Below, piece after piece: positions 51,201 through 64,000 of a DNA stretch of 64,000 nucleotides. This stretch comes from the human T2T-CHM13v2.0 reference genome, Homo sapiens. Under the pieces are notes generated by a model. It was not told where the DNA came from, ran no database searches, and saw only the letters and a list, made by a program, of their open reading frames with translations. Where the stretch lies: assembly GCF_009914755.1 (NCBI RefSeq), contig NC_060931.1; one strand, written 5' to 3'. Position numbers and translations under genes: made by a program. Each line of letters begins with the position of its first letter. The first letter of the stretch is position 1.

Positions 51201-54200
51201 TGACACTATGAAGAAACTGCACCAATTGGTGTGCGAAATAACCAAATAGCATCATGAAGACAGGATCAGATTCACACATGACAATATTAACCTTAAATGT
51301 AAATGGGCTAAATGCCCCAATTAAAATCCAGTCTGGCAAATTGGATAAAGAGTCAAAATCCATCAGTGTGCAGTATTCAGGAGGCCCATCTCACATGCAA
51401 ATAAACACATAGGCTCAAAATAAAGGGATGGAGGAAAATTTATCAAGCAAATGGAAAGCAAAAAAACCCGCAGGCATTGCAATCCTAGTCTCTGACAAAA
51501 CAGACTTTAAACAAACAAAGGTCAAAAAAGACAAGAGCATTACATAATGGTAAAAACAACAGTTCAACAAGAAGAGCTAACTAGTTTAAATATATATCCA
51601 CACAATACAGGAGCACCCAGTTTCATAAAATAAGTTCTTAGAGAACTGCCAGGAGACTTTGACTCCTACATAATAATAGTGGGAGACTTTAACACCCCAC
51701 TGTCAATATTAGACAGATCAATGAGACAGAAAGTTAACAAGGATATTCAGGACTTGAACTCAGCTCTGGATCAAGTGGACTTAATAGACACCTACAGACC
51801 TCTCCACCCCAAATCAACAGAATATACATTCTTCTCAGTGCCATATGGCACTTATTCTAAAATCGACCACATAATTGGAAGTAAAACACTCCTCAGCAAA
51901 TGCAAAAGAATTGAAATCATAATGAACCATCTCTCAGATCACAGTGCATTCAAATTAGAACTCAGGATTAAGAAACTCACTCAAAACCACACAATTACAT
52001 GGAAATTGAACAACCTGCTCCTGAATGACTCCTGGGTAAATAATGAAATTAAGGCAGAAATCAAGAAGTTCTTTGAAACCAATGAGAAGAAAGAGACAAT
52101 GTACCAGAATCTCTGGGACACAGCTAAAGCAGTGTTAAGGGGGAAATTTATAGCATTAAATTCCCACATCAGATTCATGACAGAGGCATGGGCAAAGACC
52201 ATGACGAAAACACCAAAAGCAATTGCAACAAAAACCAAAATTGACAAATAGGATCTAATTAAACTAAAGAGCTTCTGCTCAGCCAAGTAAACTATCATCA
52301 GAGTGAACAGGCAACCTACAGACTGGGAAAACAATTTTTGCAATATACTCATCTGACAAAGGTCTAATATCCAGAATCTACAAGGAACTTAAACAAATTT
52401 ACAACAACAACAAAAAAACAACCCCATCAAAAAATGGGCAAAGGATATAAACAGACACATCTCAAAAGAAGACATTTACATGGCCAACAGACATATGAAA
52501 AAAAGCTCAACATCACTGATCATCAGAGAAATGCAAATCAAAACCACAATGAGATACCATCTCATGCCAGTCAGAATGGCGATTATTAAAAAGTCAAGAA
52601 ACCATAGATTCTGGTGAGGTTCTGAAGAAATAGGAACACTTTTACACTGTTGGTGAGAATGTAAATTAGTTCAACTATTGTGGAAGACAGTATGGTGATT
52701 GCTCAATGATCTAGAACCACAAATACCATTTGACCCAGCCATTCCATTACTGGGTATATATCCAAAGGAATATAAATCATTCTATTATAAAGATACATGA
52801 ACATGTATGTTTATTGCAGCACTATTTACAATAACAAAGATATGGAACCAATCCAAATGATAGACTGGATAAAGAAAATGTGATATGTATATACCACGGA
52901 ATACTATTCAGCCATAAAAATTCATGAGATCATGTCCTTCACAGGGACGTGGATGAAGCTGAAAGCCATCATCCTCAGCAAACTAACACGAGAACAGAAA
53001 ACCAAACACCACATGTTCTCACTCATAAGTTGAACAATGAGACCACATGGACACAGAGAGGGGAACAACACACACCGGGGCCTGTTGGGGGTTGGGAGGC
53101 CAGGGGAGGGAACTTAGAAGACGAGTCAACCGGTGCAGCAAACCACCATGGCACACGTATACCTATGTAACAAACCTTCATGTTCTGCACATGCATCCTG
53201 TTTTTTTTTTCAGAAGAAATAAAAACAAAAATTAAAAATAAAATTACTACTAACGTCATATTGAATAGAAAGAACTACAAGATATGCAAATTGGAAACAA
53301 ATTATTTTTATTTTAAGATGACAAGCATTTCCATTTTGGAAATAACTTAATAAAAATTTCCTGGAACTAATAACCAAGTTTAGCAAGGTCACAAGAACAA
53401 GGTTGATCTACAAAATTAATGTACCTTAATAACTGGAATAACAAATTTAACACAATGACAAATCACAACAAAACCAATACGTATGAAGTACTTGTTTATA
53501 AGTCTAACAGTATATATACAGGATCTGCATGAAAAAATCTAAAAAACATTGAGGAAAGAAATCACAAAAGATATAAATAATGGAATGATATTCTCTATTC
53601 ATGGATTGAAAGAATTAATTAATCAAGATGGCAGTGTATTGGTGAAGAAAAGAGATCAATGGAACTCAATAGAAAGCCCAGAAATGAGAATACACAAATA
53701 TAGCCAACTGATTTTTTTTAACAAAGATGTAAAGTAAATTTAATGGAGAAAGGAGGGTTTTTTCAATAAATGGGATTGCTACAATTAGATATCCACATGC
53801 AATAAAATGAACCTCACATTTATACAAAAATTAACTCAAAATGGTCATAAATGTAAAACACAAGACTATAAAACTTGTATTCAACAGATGATACATTTTG
53901 AATGGCTTTTGGTTTGGTGATTGGTTTTTGGAAACAACACCAAAAGTACAATCCCTGAAAGAAAAAAAAAGGACAAGTTGGACTTTATTAACTTTAGTAA
54001 CCTTTCTTTTGTTGAAAGCACTATGAAAAGAACAAAAAGCCCACAAACAGACTACCGACAGGGTGAAAATATTTGCAAGTCACATATCTGAGGAACTTTT
54101 ATATACAACACAAATAATTTTTAAAACTCAGCAATACAGAAACAAACAAACCAATTTAAAAATAGGCAAAGGATCTGATCAGCTATCTCACCAGATTACA

Positions 54201-54810
54201 AATTAGCATATGAAGTGATGTTCAATATTATTTATTAGGTAAATGGAAATTAAAACAACGAGAGATACTACCTGTTAGAATGGCTAAAAAACAAGAGCAA
54301 ACCAGAAAACAATACCAGTGCTAAATGCTGGTGAGGATGTGGAGCTATAGGAACTTTCATTCATTGCTGCTGAGAATGCAAAACAGTACAACTACATTGG
54401 AAGACAGTTTGGTGGTTTATTACAAAGGTAAACAGTCTAACATATAATGTAGCAATTATGCTCCTAGGTATTTATGCAACTGATTTGAAAACCTCTATCT
54501 TTTGTATACAAAACCTGCATGCAAATGTTTATAGTAGCTTTATTCATACTTGCCCCAAATTAGAAGTTACAAAGATGCCCTTCAGTAGGTGAGTGAATAA
54601 ACAAACTGATAGACTTATGTTATAGAATACTATTCAGTGATCAAAAGGTATAAGCTATTAATCCATGCCACAACACAGCAGTATCTTAAATGCATATTGC
54701 AAAGTGAAACAAACCATTCATAAAAGGTTATATGCTGTAAGATTCCAACTATAAGACATTTCGGAAAAGGTAAAGGTATAGAGATGGAAAATAGATCAGG
54801 TGTTGCCAAA
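45280..54810 (+). mobile_element. Ancient L1M (L1MC-like) element interrupted by an L1PA insertion
   Basis: Decayed ORF1 (~45850-46750) and ORF2 endonuclease-to-RT text (47200-48930). It resumes after 53253 and ends in an L1MC-like 3' UTR (aaatgctggtgaggatgtggagc...acaaaacctgcatgcaaatgtttatagtagc...cccttcagtaggtgagtgaataaacaaactg). Confidence 0.85.
48947..53239 (+). mobile_element. L1PA (approx. PA10-PA12) with near-complete 5' UTR, disrupted ORF1 and internally deleted ORF2
   Basis: GC-rich 5' UTR 48947-50160. ORF1 fragments (MKRNEQNLQEIWD; LRAAREKGQVTYKGKPIRLT). ORF2 fragment [12 protein letters not shown]...[18 protein letters not shown] jumps to [14 protein letters not shown]. 3' UTR and A tail present. 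14-bp TSD aaaattactactaa at 48933-48946 / 53240-53253 at a TT|AAAA site. Confidence 0.96.
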
Positions 54811-54839
54811 GATTACTAAAGAGCTGCAAGAGATGACAG

Positions 54840-56110
54840 ATGACCTATATTGAACAGCTATGAGATTGACAAGACTGTTCAACAGTAACAGCAGAGGTTA
54901 GAAGACAATACAAAATGTTTGCAAGTGTAAATGGATGCTAGATACCAATTGAACATTTTATATCTAATAAATTTTCATTCAACAATGCAGGTAAAATAAA
55001 TGCATTTTCAGGCAAAAACTGAGATAATTACACTATTTATCTTCCCTAACATGTCTTCTAAAAGAATTTAATCTAGGAAGAAGCAGCTTGAACCCAGAAG
55101 GGAGGGATGAAATGCAAAAAGCTTTGATGATTAAAAAAATGGTCAATATGTAATAAACACTGATGATGTTGAGTGATAAAGACTTTATAAAACAAGATTA
55201 AACTACACAGCAATACTAGGTCAGACAGGAGAATATGATGAGCTAAGGTGTTGCAAGGTACTTCTACTATCCAGAAGTTAAGTGCTGATACTAGTAAATT
55301 TTATACTTAGTCAGGCTTTATTATTGAAACTGTAAGAGTAACCATTGAAATAATATAAATAGACTAGAACGCTAAACTGTTAGAAGTTAAGGCAATGAAG
55401 AAGTGTTATTAGGAATGAAGAGGGAGTTATCACATAATGACAAAAATACTTTTTCATAAAGCAAAATTGACATGATTTCAAGGAGAATTTGAAATACAAT
55501 CATAATGGAAGATTTTAACACATCTTTCAAATTAATTGATAGAAAAATCAGACAAGATATAGAAGATTTGGATAATGAAATTAATAAGCTTGAGGTAATA
55601 TAGAGCCCTGCGCACCAACTCAACTAAGAATGAATGTAAAAACTAGTAATATATATAGAAGATTTACAAATTTGACCATAATCTTGGGCACAACATAAAC
55701 TTCAATAAATAACAATATAAAGAACAGAGGCTGTTAGAAATTAGAAATTAATATTTTAAAAGCTATTCATTTCCATGCAGTTAGAGATTTAAAAAAAATC
55801 CAAGATTCATGGGTCAAAGAAGAAATCATTTTGGAATTTTTGAAATAGTTAAAACTGAATAATAATAAAATTCTACATATTTTAATTGGTAGAATGCAAC
55901 TAAACCAGTATCTAAAAGTTAATTTAAATCTTTAAATGACTGTTTTAGAAAGTCCAAAAAATAATGAATTTAACGAGTTGTTAGAAATAAAATAGAATAA
56001 CTTCCCATTAAAGAAAGAAAAAGGAAAGTAACAAATATTGGTGGAGTACTTAGTGAAACAGAAAATAAATAATAGATAATCCAAGAAACTCAAAGCTGAT
56101 ATTAGAGAAA
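54840..56110 (+). mobile_element. Highly decayed L1M(E) ORF1/ORF2 fragments
   Basis: A-rich L1-like text, e.g. ataatggaagattttaacacatctttcaaattaattgatagaaaaatcagacaag and catgggtcaaagaagaaatc. Confidence 0.6.
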
Positions 56111-56126
56111 AATAGAAAGATAACCC

Positions 56127-56266
56127 ATCTTTGTGTCCATGTGAACTCAGTGTTTAGTTCCTGCTTATAAGTGAGAACATGCAGTATTTGGTTTTTTGTT
56201 TTTGCATTAATTCACTTAGGATAATGGCCTCCAGCTGCATCCATGTTGCTGCAAAGGACATGATTT
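56127..56266 (-). mobile_element. Short L1PA/L1PB 3' fragment
   Basis: cttataagtgagaacatgcagtatttggtttt...ggataatggcctccagctgcatccatgttgctgcaaaggacatgatttc. Confidence 0.85.
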
Positions 56267-56694
56267 CAGTAACTTTCTCCTGATAAGAGACCATGGCCAT
56301 GGGCTGGTTGTGACTGGTTTACAGAGGCTGAGCACTGAGTGCCTGCATGCCCTGCTTCATCTTTTGATCTATAGGACTTAATTGCAATACATTTAAATGT
56401 CGTTTCCACTCCAAAATGAACATAGGAGCCTTTTTGCTTATTATGCATGTATGTGTCCCCGCTTTGTGAATATTCATAGCTCTTCCTATAACCTGTTGAA
56501 TGTGTATACCTGGCCATCCTGTTCAGCACAAATCTCTCTTCCACTCTCCCCTCCCTTGAAGCACCTGTTAATGGTCTCTGCCTGAGACTACACTTCCCAG
56601 CTTGTCAGAATGGCCACCTTGCAGGCTGTAACCCTTTATAAGAAATAAAGCTCTCCTTTCTAAATTTATAAATCTTGTGATTTTTAAGTTGACA
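56267..56694 (+). mobile_element. ERV1 LTR fragment (MER39/MER34-like)
   Basis: gtgaatattcatagctc...gcaggctgtaaccctttataagaaataaagctctcctttctaaatttata...ttttaagttgaca: LTR poly(A) signal and CA end. Confidence 0.7.
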
Positions 56695-57934
56695 TCTTCA
56701 CCACCGGGAGAGCTAGTTGCCTCTCCTAAATTGATCAGAGTGAATATCTCTGTCTTAAAGACTTTTAATATATTGTAAAATAAATTTATTTCACCCTAAT
56801 GAGACTATGAACTTATTAATATCATTTTTATGTTTAAGCAATTTTTATCTCTCCAGTAACTATGTGTGGCTTGATATCTAGCAAATATTCAGTATATTTA
56901 TTTTATGAATATTTGGGAGTTTCTATCCTCAAGTTGTGTGTGTCTGTGTGTATGTGTGGATTGTGGTTCTCTGTTTGTGTATCACTGTTGTGGCAAGTAA
57001 CTCTTTTTTCTCCTTCACTAATCCAGACCTATAGATGTTGATATTATTAAATTCTGATCAATTTCCCCTTATATTCTCTTATTACTAATGCCTCAGTCAG
57101 TTTCAAAGCATATTTATTTTGTATTAATCAAGTAGAAAGTGCAGATATCAATTGTTTGACATTACAAATGGTGAAACTGAGGCTTAGAAATTTTAAAATG
57201 CACTAGTTAAGAGGATCATTAGTGTGGAAACATTCCAGATAATAATTCCATGCTTGAATTTTAGAGTCAAATACTTCACATATGTCTGGATTTACAGATA
57301 ATTAGAGATTTGCATGTTAATATTTCTGTGCCTGTTCTTAAATAACATTTCTACCCTTTTATACCAAGTCTAATTGCTATATTAAATTTAATAGCTTTGC
57401 TTATATATTCTTTATTGAAAATGCAAATGAAATCATAGATGCTGTAAGTTCTTATCACAATCAAAATGATCAGCAGTCATATTCAACCCAAGTTTCTTTA
57501 AAACAATAAATTGATCTCCATGGGGGTTCTGGATCCTGGCAATACTCTTATTTCTTTCCCCACTTGGTGGCTTCTCAGGCATTTGTTTATGATTATTCAT
57601 TAATCCACTTGTATATTTTACTGCCTTATGTGTGTCATATTTCCAGTATAAAATAAATAAGTTTAATAAAGTAAATCTTTTAAAATCTCTTATTACAAAA
57701 TTGATATATTTTAGAACATTTCAAAATAGCACTATAAAAAAGAAGAAAATAAAAACCTCCCATAAGCCCACCATTTGCCTGATATCTGCTGATATAGAGA
57801 CTTAAGTTGCCTGTGCTTCCACACATTAGTTCAAACAGACTTACGGAGAGATACATACATGCACCCACCCCCAACCACGCCACCTACTCCTGTCCTCAAC
57901 TCACTCACAGACTTTTTAAAGTAAGAAGTTAGTA

Positions 57935-59385
57935 TTGGTATAAAACTATTAGCTAGACTGCAGACATTATTTGGATTTCACCTGTTTTCCCACCTGGTGC
58001 CATCCAGGATCCTCTCTTGCATTTAGTTGTCATGTCTCATTTGCAGGGTGACCAGCTCATCCTAGTTTGCTCTATTTGTCTCAATTTTAAAAATAAAAGT
58101 TTTGCATTCCAGGAAGCTCATTTGTCCTGAGTCAACTGAGACAGCTGGTCACTCTACTCCTTACTCTTTTGCAATCTGTGGCAATTTTTAGTCTGTTCTC
58201 ATCTTTCATGACCATGGTTCACTGCTAAAGGGTGCTTTTTGGTATGTTGTAGAATGTTCCCAGTTTGGGTCTGTCTGGTGTATTCTCATGATTAGACCCA
58301 GGGTTATGGATCTGGGGAGGAATATCACAGAGGCATCTTGTCCTTCTTATCATGTCACGTTGGGGGTGCTGATGTTAACACAAGTTATTACCGTGATGTT
58401 TGTTTGGATCGCTTGGCTCAGGCCGGTTGGCCAGGTTCCTCCACCGTCATGTGACCTTTACCCCTTTCTGTAGTCTGTTCATTAGAGCCACTAAGTCCAG
58501 CCCCACTCAAGGGCTGTGGAATAATTCCAGCTCCTAGGAGGAAGAAGGAGCTTTGAATTTGTGGACATATGTTAAAACCACTCAGTAATTGATAAGTGTT
58601 TTGGGGGTGAATACTTTGAGGTTATGCAAATCTCCTGTTTCTCCTTAAAGTTTCACCTATAACTGCAGGGGCATCAGTGGCTTTTACCTGCAGGGTTATT
58701 GCTGTGGAGTTCCAGTGATAATTTTCTCTTTCCTTCATCACTTCTATATTTATTAACTGAAATTCCTCTGGAAGGAAGATTTGTTCCTTCACTCCCACTT
58801 ACTTATTCATATTAGTAAGGATTTAGGGAGATTTAATTGGTGGAGGGGAGTATCATCTAGTACAAATTTTATTTAATTTGTTGCTCAAATTGTTAAAGGC
58901 TTGGCCACTGGGGGATCTTTAAGTTGACTCCTGTATCCTTTTCAAGTACTCTCATTGTTTATTTTTTTAAGCACTTAATTACTGGCACTGCTAAGCTCTT
59001 CAAACTCATTTTGTAGTTTCCCTGTCCCAACCCTAGAAAACGCTATTTCTCTAAAAAGCATTGGTGCCCTGGTTCCTTTTACGGGAGAATGGTAGTTAAA
59101 TTTAGGCTTTAGTTACTCGTTGCTACCAAGTGTTGCTGCTTCTAAGCCCTTTCAGTAAACAGAGCTAGAAAATATACCTATGTATGCTAACCCACACATA
59201 TACACACAGCATATTTATTGTGATAGCGCAGTTTCATATTAAAATAAACACGAGTTTATACAGATTTCTCTAACTACAATTTACAGTCACAGAGTTTGTT
59301 CTAGCCTTCCTTCTTTCTGTGACAATGAGAAGCCTGGCTCTAATTTTCTACTCTATATTTAATAATTTGTTCAATACTAGTATTA
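57935..59385 (-). mobile_element. L1MC-type 3' UTR, antisense, interrupted by MER81
   Basis: ttgcatttagttgtcatgtctc...tgttgtagaatgttcccagtttgggtctgtctggtgtattctcatgattagac...ttgttgctcaaattgttaaaggcttggccactggg. Confidence 0.8.
58044..58156 (-). mobile_element. MER81 (hAT-Blackjack) miniature DNA transposon
   Basis: 113 bp. TIRs cagggtgaccagct / agctggtcactcta (12/14). Degenerate 8-bp TSD ctcatttg / ctccttac. Confidence 0.8.
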
Positions 59386-60110
59386 TCTTTTTACATAATG
59401 CTGGATTTAATTTGCTTACATTTTGTTGAGGAATTTTGCATCTCTGTTTATAAAGGATATTGGTTTGTAGTTTTCTTGTAATGTTTTTGTCTCCTAAAAT
59501 GAATTGGAGAGTGACCCTTGCTCTCTCATTTTCTGGAAAAGTTTGTGTTTTGGATGGGTGTTATTTCTCACCAATGAAACCATAATGGCCTGAAATTTTT
59601 CTTGATGAAATGTCTTTAAGAGTTTAGTTTATTTAATTGCTACAGGGATATTCAGGTTATACATTTATTCTTTAATGAATTTCGGCAGTTTGTATCTTTG
59701 AAGGGACTGGTCTACTTCGTCTAAGTTGATTTTGTGGAGGCAGAATTGTTTGTAGTATCTCCTTATCTTCCCTTTAATGTCTGTGGGGTCTGTAGTCAGT
59801 CTGCTTTTTCATTTATGATACTGGAAATTTGTATTTTCTCCCTTTTTGTTTCTTGGCCAGTCTTGTTAAAGGTTTGCCAATTTTACTGATTATTTTTTAA
59901 AAAGAATCAATTTTTAGTTTAATTAATTTTCTTGTTTTTCTGTTTCCAATTTTATGATTTATGCTCTAATATTTATTATTTTCTTTTTTCAACTTGCTTT
60001 GGGCTGATTTTGCTCTTCTTTCTCTACTTTCTTAAAGTAGATGTTAGATCTTCCCTTTTTATAAATATTTAATACTAACAATTTCCCTCTAATATTGCTG
60101 TGGCTGAATC
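59385..60110 (-). mobile_element. Old L1M ORF2 fragment, antisense
   Basis: tgctggatttaatttgcttacattttgttgaggaattttgcatctctgtttataaaggatattggtttgtagttttc...aggtttgccaattttactgat. Confidence 0.75.
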
Positions 60111-61934
60111 CAACATGACTTAAAAAATTTAAAAATGCAGTCATACTATTTTGAAAACTATTTATTTAACTATGTACCATGAATACATTTCATACATATA
60201 TTCTTCTGTAGCAGCCTTTTCATTATTTAGTGTTTTCTAATAATGAGGCATGAGGCAAGAGTACATATTTTAACAAATAAGCAACCATTGCATAAATGAC
60301 TCTGTGCTACACACAGTGGGCAGGAAAATATAAAGGTGAGTAAATCACACCCATAGGTAAGAACATCCAGGCATTCAACGTTGAGTGGTATGACTGTGAT
60401 AACACATGGATACTTAGAAGACAGGTTGGGAAGGGGGTGCTGGGATAGGGCTGGTGGGCATCAGAAAAGCTAATTCTGATGTAAGGCCTATAGGTTCTCA
60501 TTGCAGTGGGGTACATATTGCTCTCATTTGGAAGAAGGCTGGCAGTCCCCACCATGGTGTATTTCAAAGGCAGTGGAAATATTTAGAGCCAGGAGGTCAG
60601 CAGAAACCTACTTTTGGAAAGTGAGTTCTTATGGCTTACAAACCTATCCAGCAGCAGCTGGAGTTAGAGAACAGAAAGTGCTGAAAAGAAAAAATGTGTC
60701 ATCAGAGAAAAGTGCCCTCTCAGCAGTCAGACAAATGGGTTTCCCCATTTGGGAAAAGTGTTATTTCAGCAACACTGGGAGTCTTGAATTGGGAATAAAG
60801 CAACATTTCTAGTGGATGTATTGGAGGAACACGGCCAGGGAAAGAAAGGTCAGTAACTTAGCGATTACCTGAGTTCTCTCCAAGTTACTCAATTCTTATC
60901 CCGGAATGGCAAGACTGAAATGCAGACCAGACAAGGTGGTAGCTGAGCATCCAATGTTCTTTTTGGTTTGGTTGGTTTGGCTTATCAAGAGGCTGGGCTG
61001 TCAGTGGATAGAATTAGATTGGAAGGAGATGTGGGAGACTTTTATCCCTATGAGACTTCCAGATATTATGTAAGAATGGGGAGTCAGTACTGAAGACCAA
61101 GGATAATGACTGCAAGATGTCTGAAGTCCCGGAATAATGGCTACTTACCTGTGGGGTGGAGGGCCTGTCTCCTACTTTTTCTCTTGTTTACACATTGTGT
61201 TTTCTAAACACACGTAATTCTACAGTATAGATTCATGTTCTTACTCTAGCGATAGAAATGGGGTAAAAATTTGAGAAGACAAAGATACAACTGAAAAGGC
61301 TTTGGGGCAGGAGAATAGCAAGAACCTATAGAGGCAGGGATGGCTTAGAAGAGGTATTAAAGAAAAGCTCTTCAGGAAAGGAGCTGTACAGGAAAGCTGG
61401 CTGGTTTCCCCAAGGAGTCCCTGTTCAAGAGTATTTCTAGCCCAGTTGCTAAGGGACTAGCTTAAGATCTTTTGCATTTGACCTATTACCTTCCTTCTAG
61501 ATTATGTGGAATCATTTTTACCTATGTGGATTTGCTCAAATCAAATGCAATGGTTACAACAGCTTACTACTTCAAGAGGAGAAAGTGTCTTAGTTTTTAA
61601 TGACTTTCTATAGCAGGAATACCAGGAAGGCCAACTAGGAAGGGAAAAGGGTCAGCTTCAGGTAGCGTTAGCTGTCCACCTGTCTGTCTCACATCTCTCT
61701 CTTTTCAGCCATCATCTAATGCCCGTCTTCGAGGGTGGGGCCAAGGCACAGAGCTCAAGGACCTGTGTTTTGATGGGAATCCATAGTTCTGCTTTGGCCA
61801 ATCCAAAGATATCCCATCACGAATAATGTTTAGTGTTTATTAGGACCGTCTGTTATTAAATTGATACTTCTCTTCTTATTGTTTAATTCAACAGGGGAGA
61901 GGTGCTATAAGTTGTGTTTATTAATTTATTTATT

Positions 61935-62045
61935 GTAACAGGTTTCCAAAGAAAGCTTCAAACCTATAGATTTGCTGAGAACAGGGCCCACAGATTGGTA
62001 TTTTTGACAAATTCTACAGGTGATTCTAATCCAGAAACACTGGTT
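61935..62045. mobile_element. MER5-like hAT-Charlie fragment
   Basis: cagggcccacagattggtatttttgacaaattctacaggtgattctaat...gaaacactgg. Confidence 0.5.
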
Positions 62046-62199
62046 TATGATATAGTACTTCCCCCAGACAAGGCTTTTTGAGATGGACCAGGTTAGGAAC
62101 AGCCAAGACCAGGAAATGTGTTCAGGAATTCTGGTGTTTTTCCCATAATGAACAATCTCATTCTGAGTCTCTGCCACTGGAATGTCCCTGTAATTCCTC

Positions 62200-63695
62200 A
62201 CACTCATCACTAATATGTTTTTGGTATGTTTGATGGTGTCCCAAAGTGCTCTTAGGCTCTGCCCATTTTCTTCGTTCTTTTCTCTTTCTGCTTTTCAGGT
62301 TGGATAGTATCAATTGTCCTATCTTCAAGTTCACAGAGTATTTCCTCTGTCAGCTCAGATCGGCCATTGGACCTCTCTAGTAAATTTTAAAACTTCAGAT
62401 TGCACTTTTCATCTCCAGAATTCCAATTTTATTCAACTTTATAATGATTATCCCTTTATTGATATTCTCCATTTGCCAAGACATTGTTCTGATTTCCTTT
62501 AGTTCCTTGTCTGTGGTCTTTCTAGCTTTTTGAGCATATTTAAGACAGTTGATTTAAAGTCATTGTCTAGTAAGGCTGATGCCTGGGCTTCTGCAGGAAT
62601 CATTTCAATTCATTTATTTTTTTCTTCATGACTGGGACATACTTTCTTGCTTCTTGGCATACCTCATACATTTTGGTGAAAACTGGATACTCTGAATATT
62701 ATAACATGGCAAGTTTACAAACCAGGCTCTTTCCCTTCCCTGAGGTTTGTTGTTGCTGCTTGTTGTGGGTAGTTGCTTGCTTGTTTGTTTCATGATTTTC
62801 TGAACTTTTCCCCTAAAGCCTATATTCTTTATTGTGGTTGCTGAAGTCTGCATTTCATTATCTTAGTTGTCAGCTAGGTTTTTTGAGTTTCCTTACGTGC
62901 TTAGAATGCACATTCTCCTGGTCATTGCAGATTGGCTCTCTGTGGGGGCACTCCTTCAATGCCTAGCTAGGCCATTTTCAACTCTGCATCAGCCTGCACT
63001 TCCTGTTAGCATGAAGGTATGCTGGAGGTGAAAGCCAGATAACCTTAGGGCCTTCTGAGGCCTTTTGTAAGCATGCATCTAGCCCAGAGAATGCACATAG
63101 CATTCCTTATTGCCCAGCATACAGAGCAGCTCCTCTTAAAAGCTCCTATCTCCCCATATGTCTCATTTCCCAGCCTCTTGCTTCTCAGGCTTTGTGATCT
63201 GTCTGTTACTTGTCCTGATTGTTATCCCTTGCCCTAGGCTTCCACAGCCTATATTTTTGCCTTTAAATGCTTTTGGAAAATGCTGTCCAGAAGGCTGCCA
63301 CAGCCCTGGGAACTCTCTGAGTCTAATGAAACAAAGGCCAGCTCTTGTGCTGGTGTTTCGGGGACCTCACCCCATCAGGGTGGAGAAGACATCACAATTG
63401 TTTGAGAATAAGGTTTGTTTTGCTTCCTGTGGCACCAGCAACATGCACCATGAGCATGGGCTGGAGTCTTCATGACTGCCACTGATCCAGGGAAGCAGGC
63501 TGGCGGGAGGGTGATTCCAATGTCACCACAGTCTTTTACCACAACACAGTGGCTTCTTATTAAGTATCTCTTTGGTTGTTATAAGTTTTTGACTAGATTC
63601 CAGAATTCTGCAGAATTCTGACAGTTTTTGTCAGTTCATTAGTTGCTTTTGTGGAGGAAGGAAGATTGGGGATTTTCTAGTCTGCCATTTTTCAG
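62200..63695 (-). mobile_element. L1M 5' UTR/ORF1-start fragment, same type as the 28352 element
   Basis: Reverse complement of 62500-62560 (gactttaaatcaactgtcttaaatatgctc...acagacaagga) matches 29462-29522 (gactttaaatcaaccatcttaaatatgctt...atagacaaagga). Ends in tctgccatttt, the complement of aaaatggcaga. Confidence 0.8.
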
Positions 63696-64000
63696 TGATG
63701 TTTAATATATTTTTAACTTCGATTATAGAAAATTAATATAAAACATGCTTTAATGACTATTGTCATCAATGGAATGATATACAATTTCCATTTTTGAAAA
63801 TGTTTCCAATTCTATATTCTTTACTCATGTATAGACCTTCATGCTAAAATACTCAATGTATGTCCTTCAAGTCATTAAATATGCATTTATATACATATAT
63901 GAGGATCCTTGAAAATGCATACTTCGCTTTTGTAGCATCAAAAAATTAACACAGATGTTTCTCCCTTTCCCACTGACTGGCTGCAGCATTTAATTCATTA

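Noticed and set aside
50589-52251. L1 ORF1/ORF2 fragments as active retrotransposon genes
   Set aside because: Frameshifted, stop-containing and missing the RT domain.

Overview
Primate (human-like) intergenic DNA with no intact protein-coding gene. The first ~27 kb is GC-richer, mostly unique sequence with scattered MIR/L2/LTR/Alu elements. The remainder is AT-rich and dominated by nested LINE-1s. Three L1-mediated retrocopies, all on the minus strand, each have a poly(A) tail and a target-site duplication (TSD). They are a U7 snRNA copy inside an MST LTR (9060-9143), a full-length ferritin light chain processed pseudogene with a nearly intact iron-responsive element (31072-31971), and a TTC4 processed pseudogene (32525-34520). 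The last two sit about 0.55 kb apart inside ORF2 of one old L1M. An internally deleted L1PA (48947-53239) is nested in an L1MC-like element. From memory, an adjacent FTL/TTC4 pseudogene pair suggests human 7p12.3 upstream of IGFBP3 (FTLP15/TTC4P1); this is unverified. I do not see a convincing new biological system. The best leads are the retained IRE, an RCGTG (HIF-type) motif cluster at ~12.1-12.24 kb, and a splice-donor minisatellite at 13.7-13.9 kb. Repeat subfamily names come from recalled consensus sequences and boundaries of old repeats are approximate.
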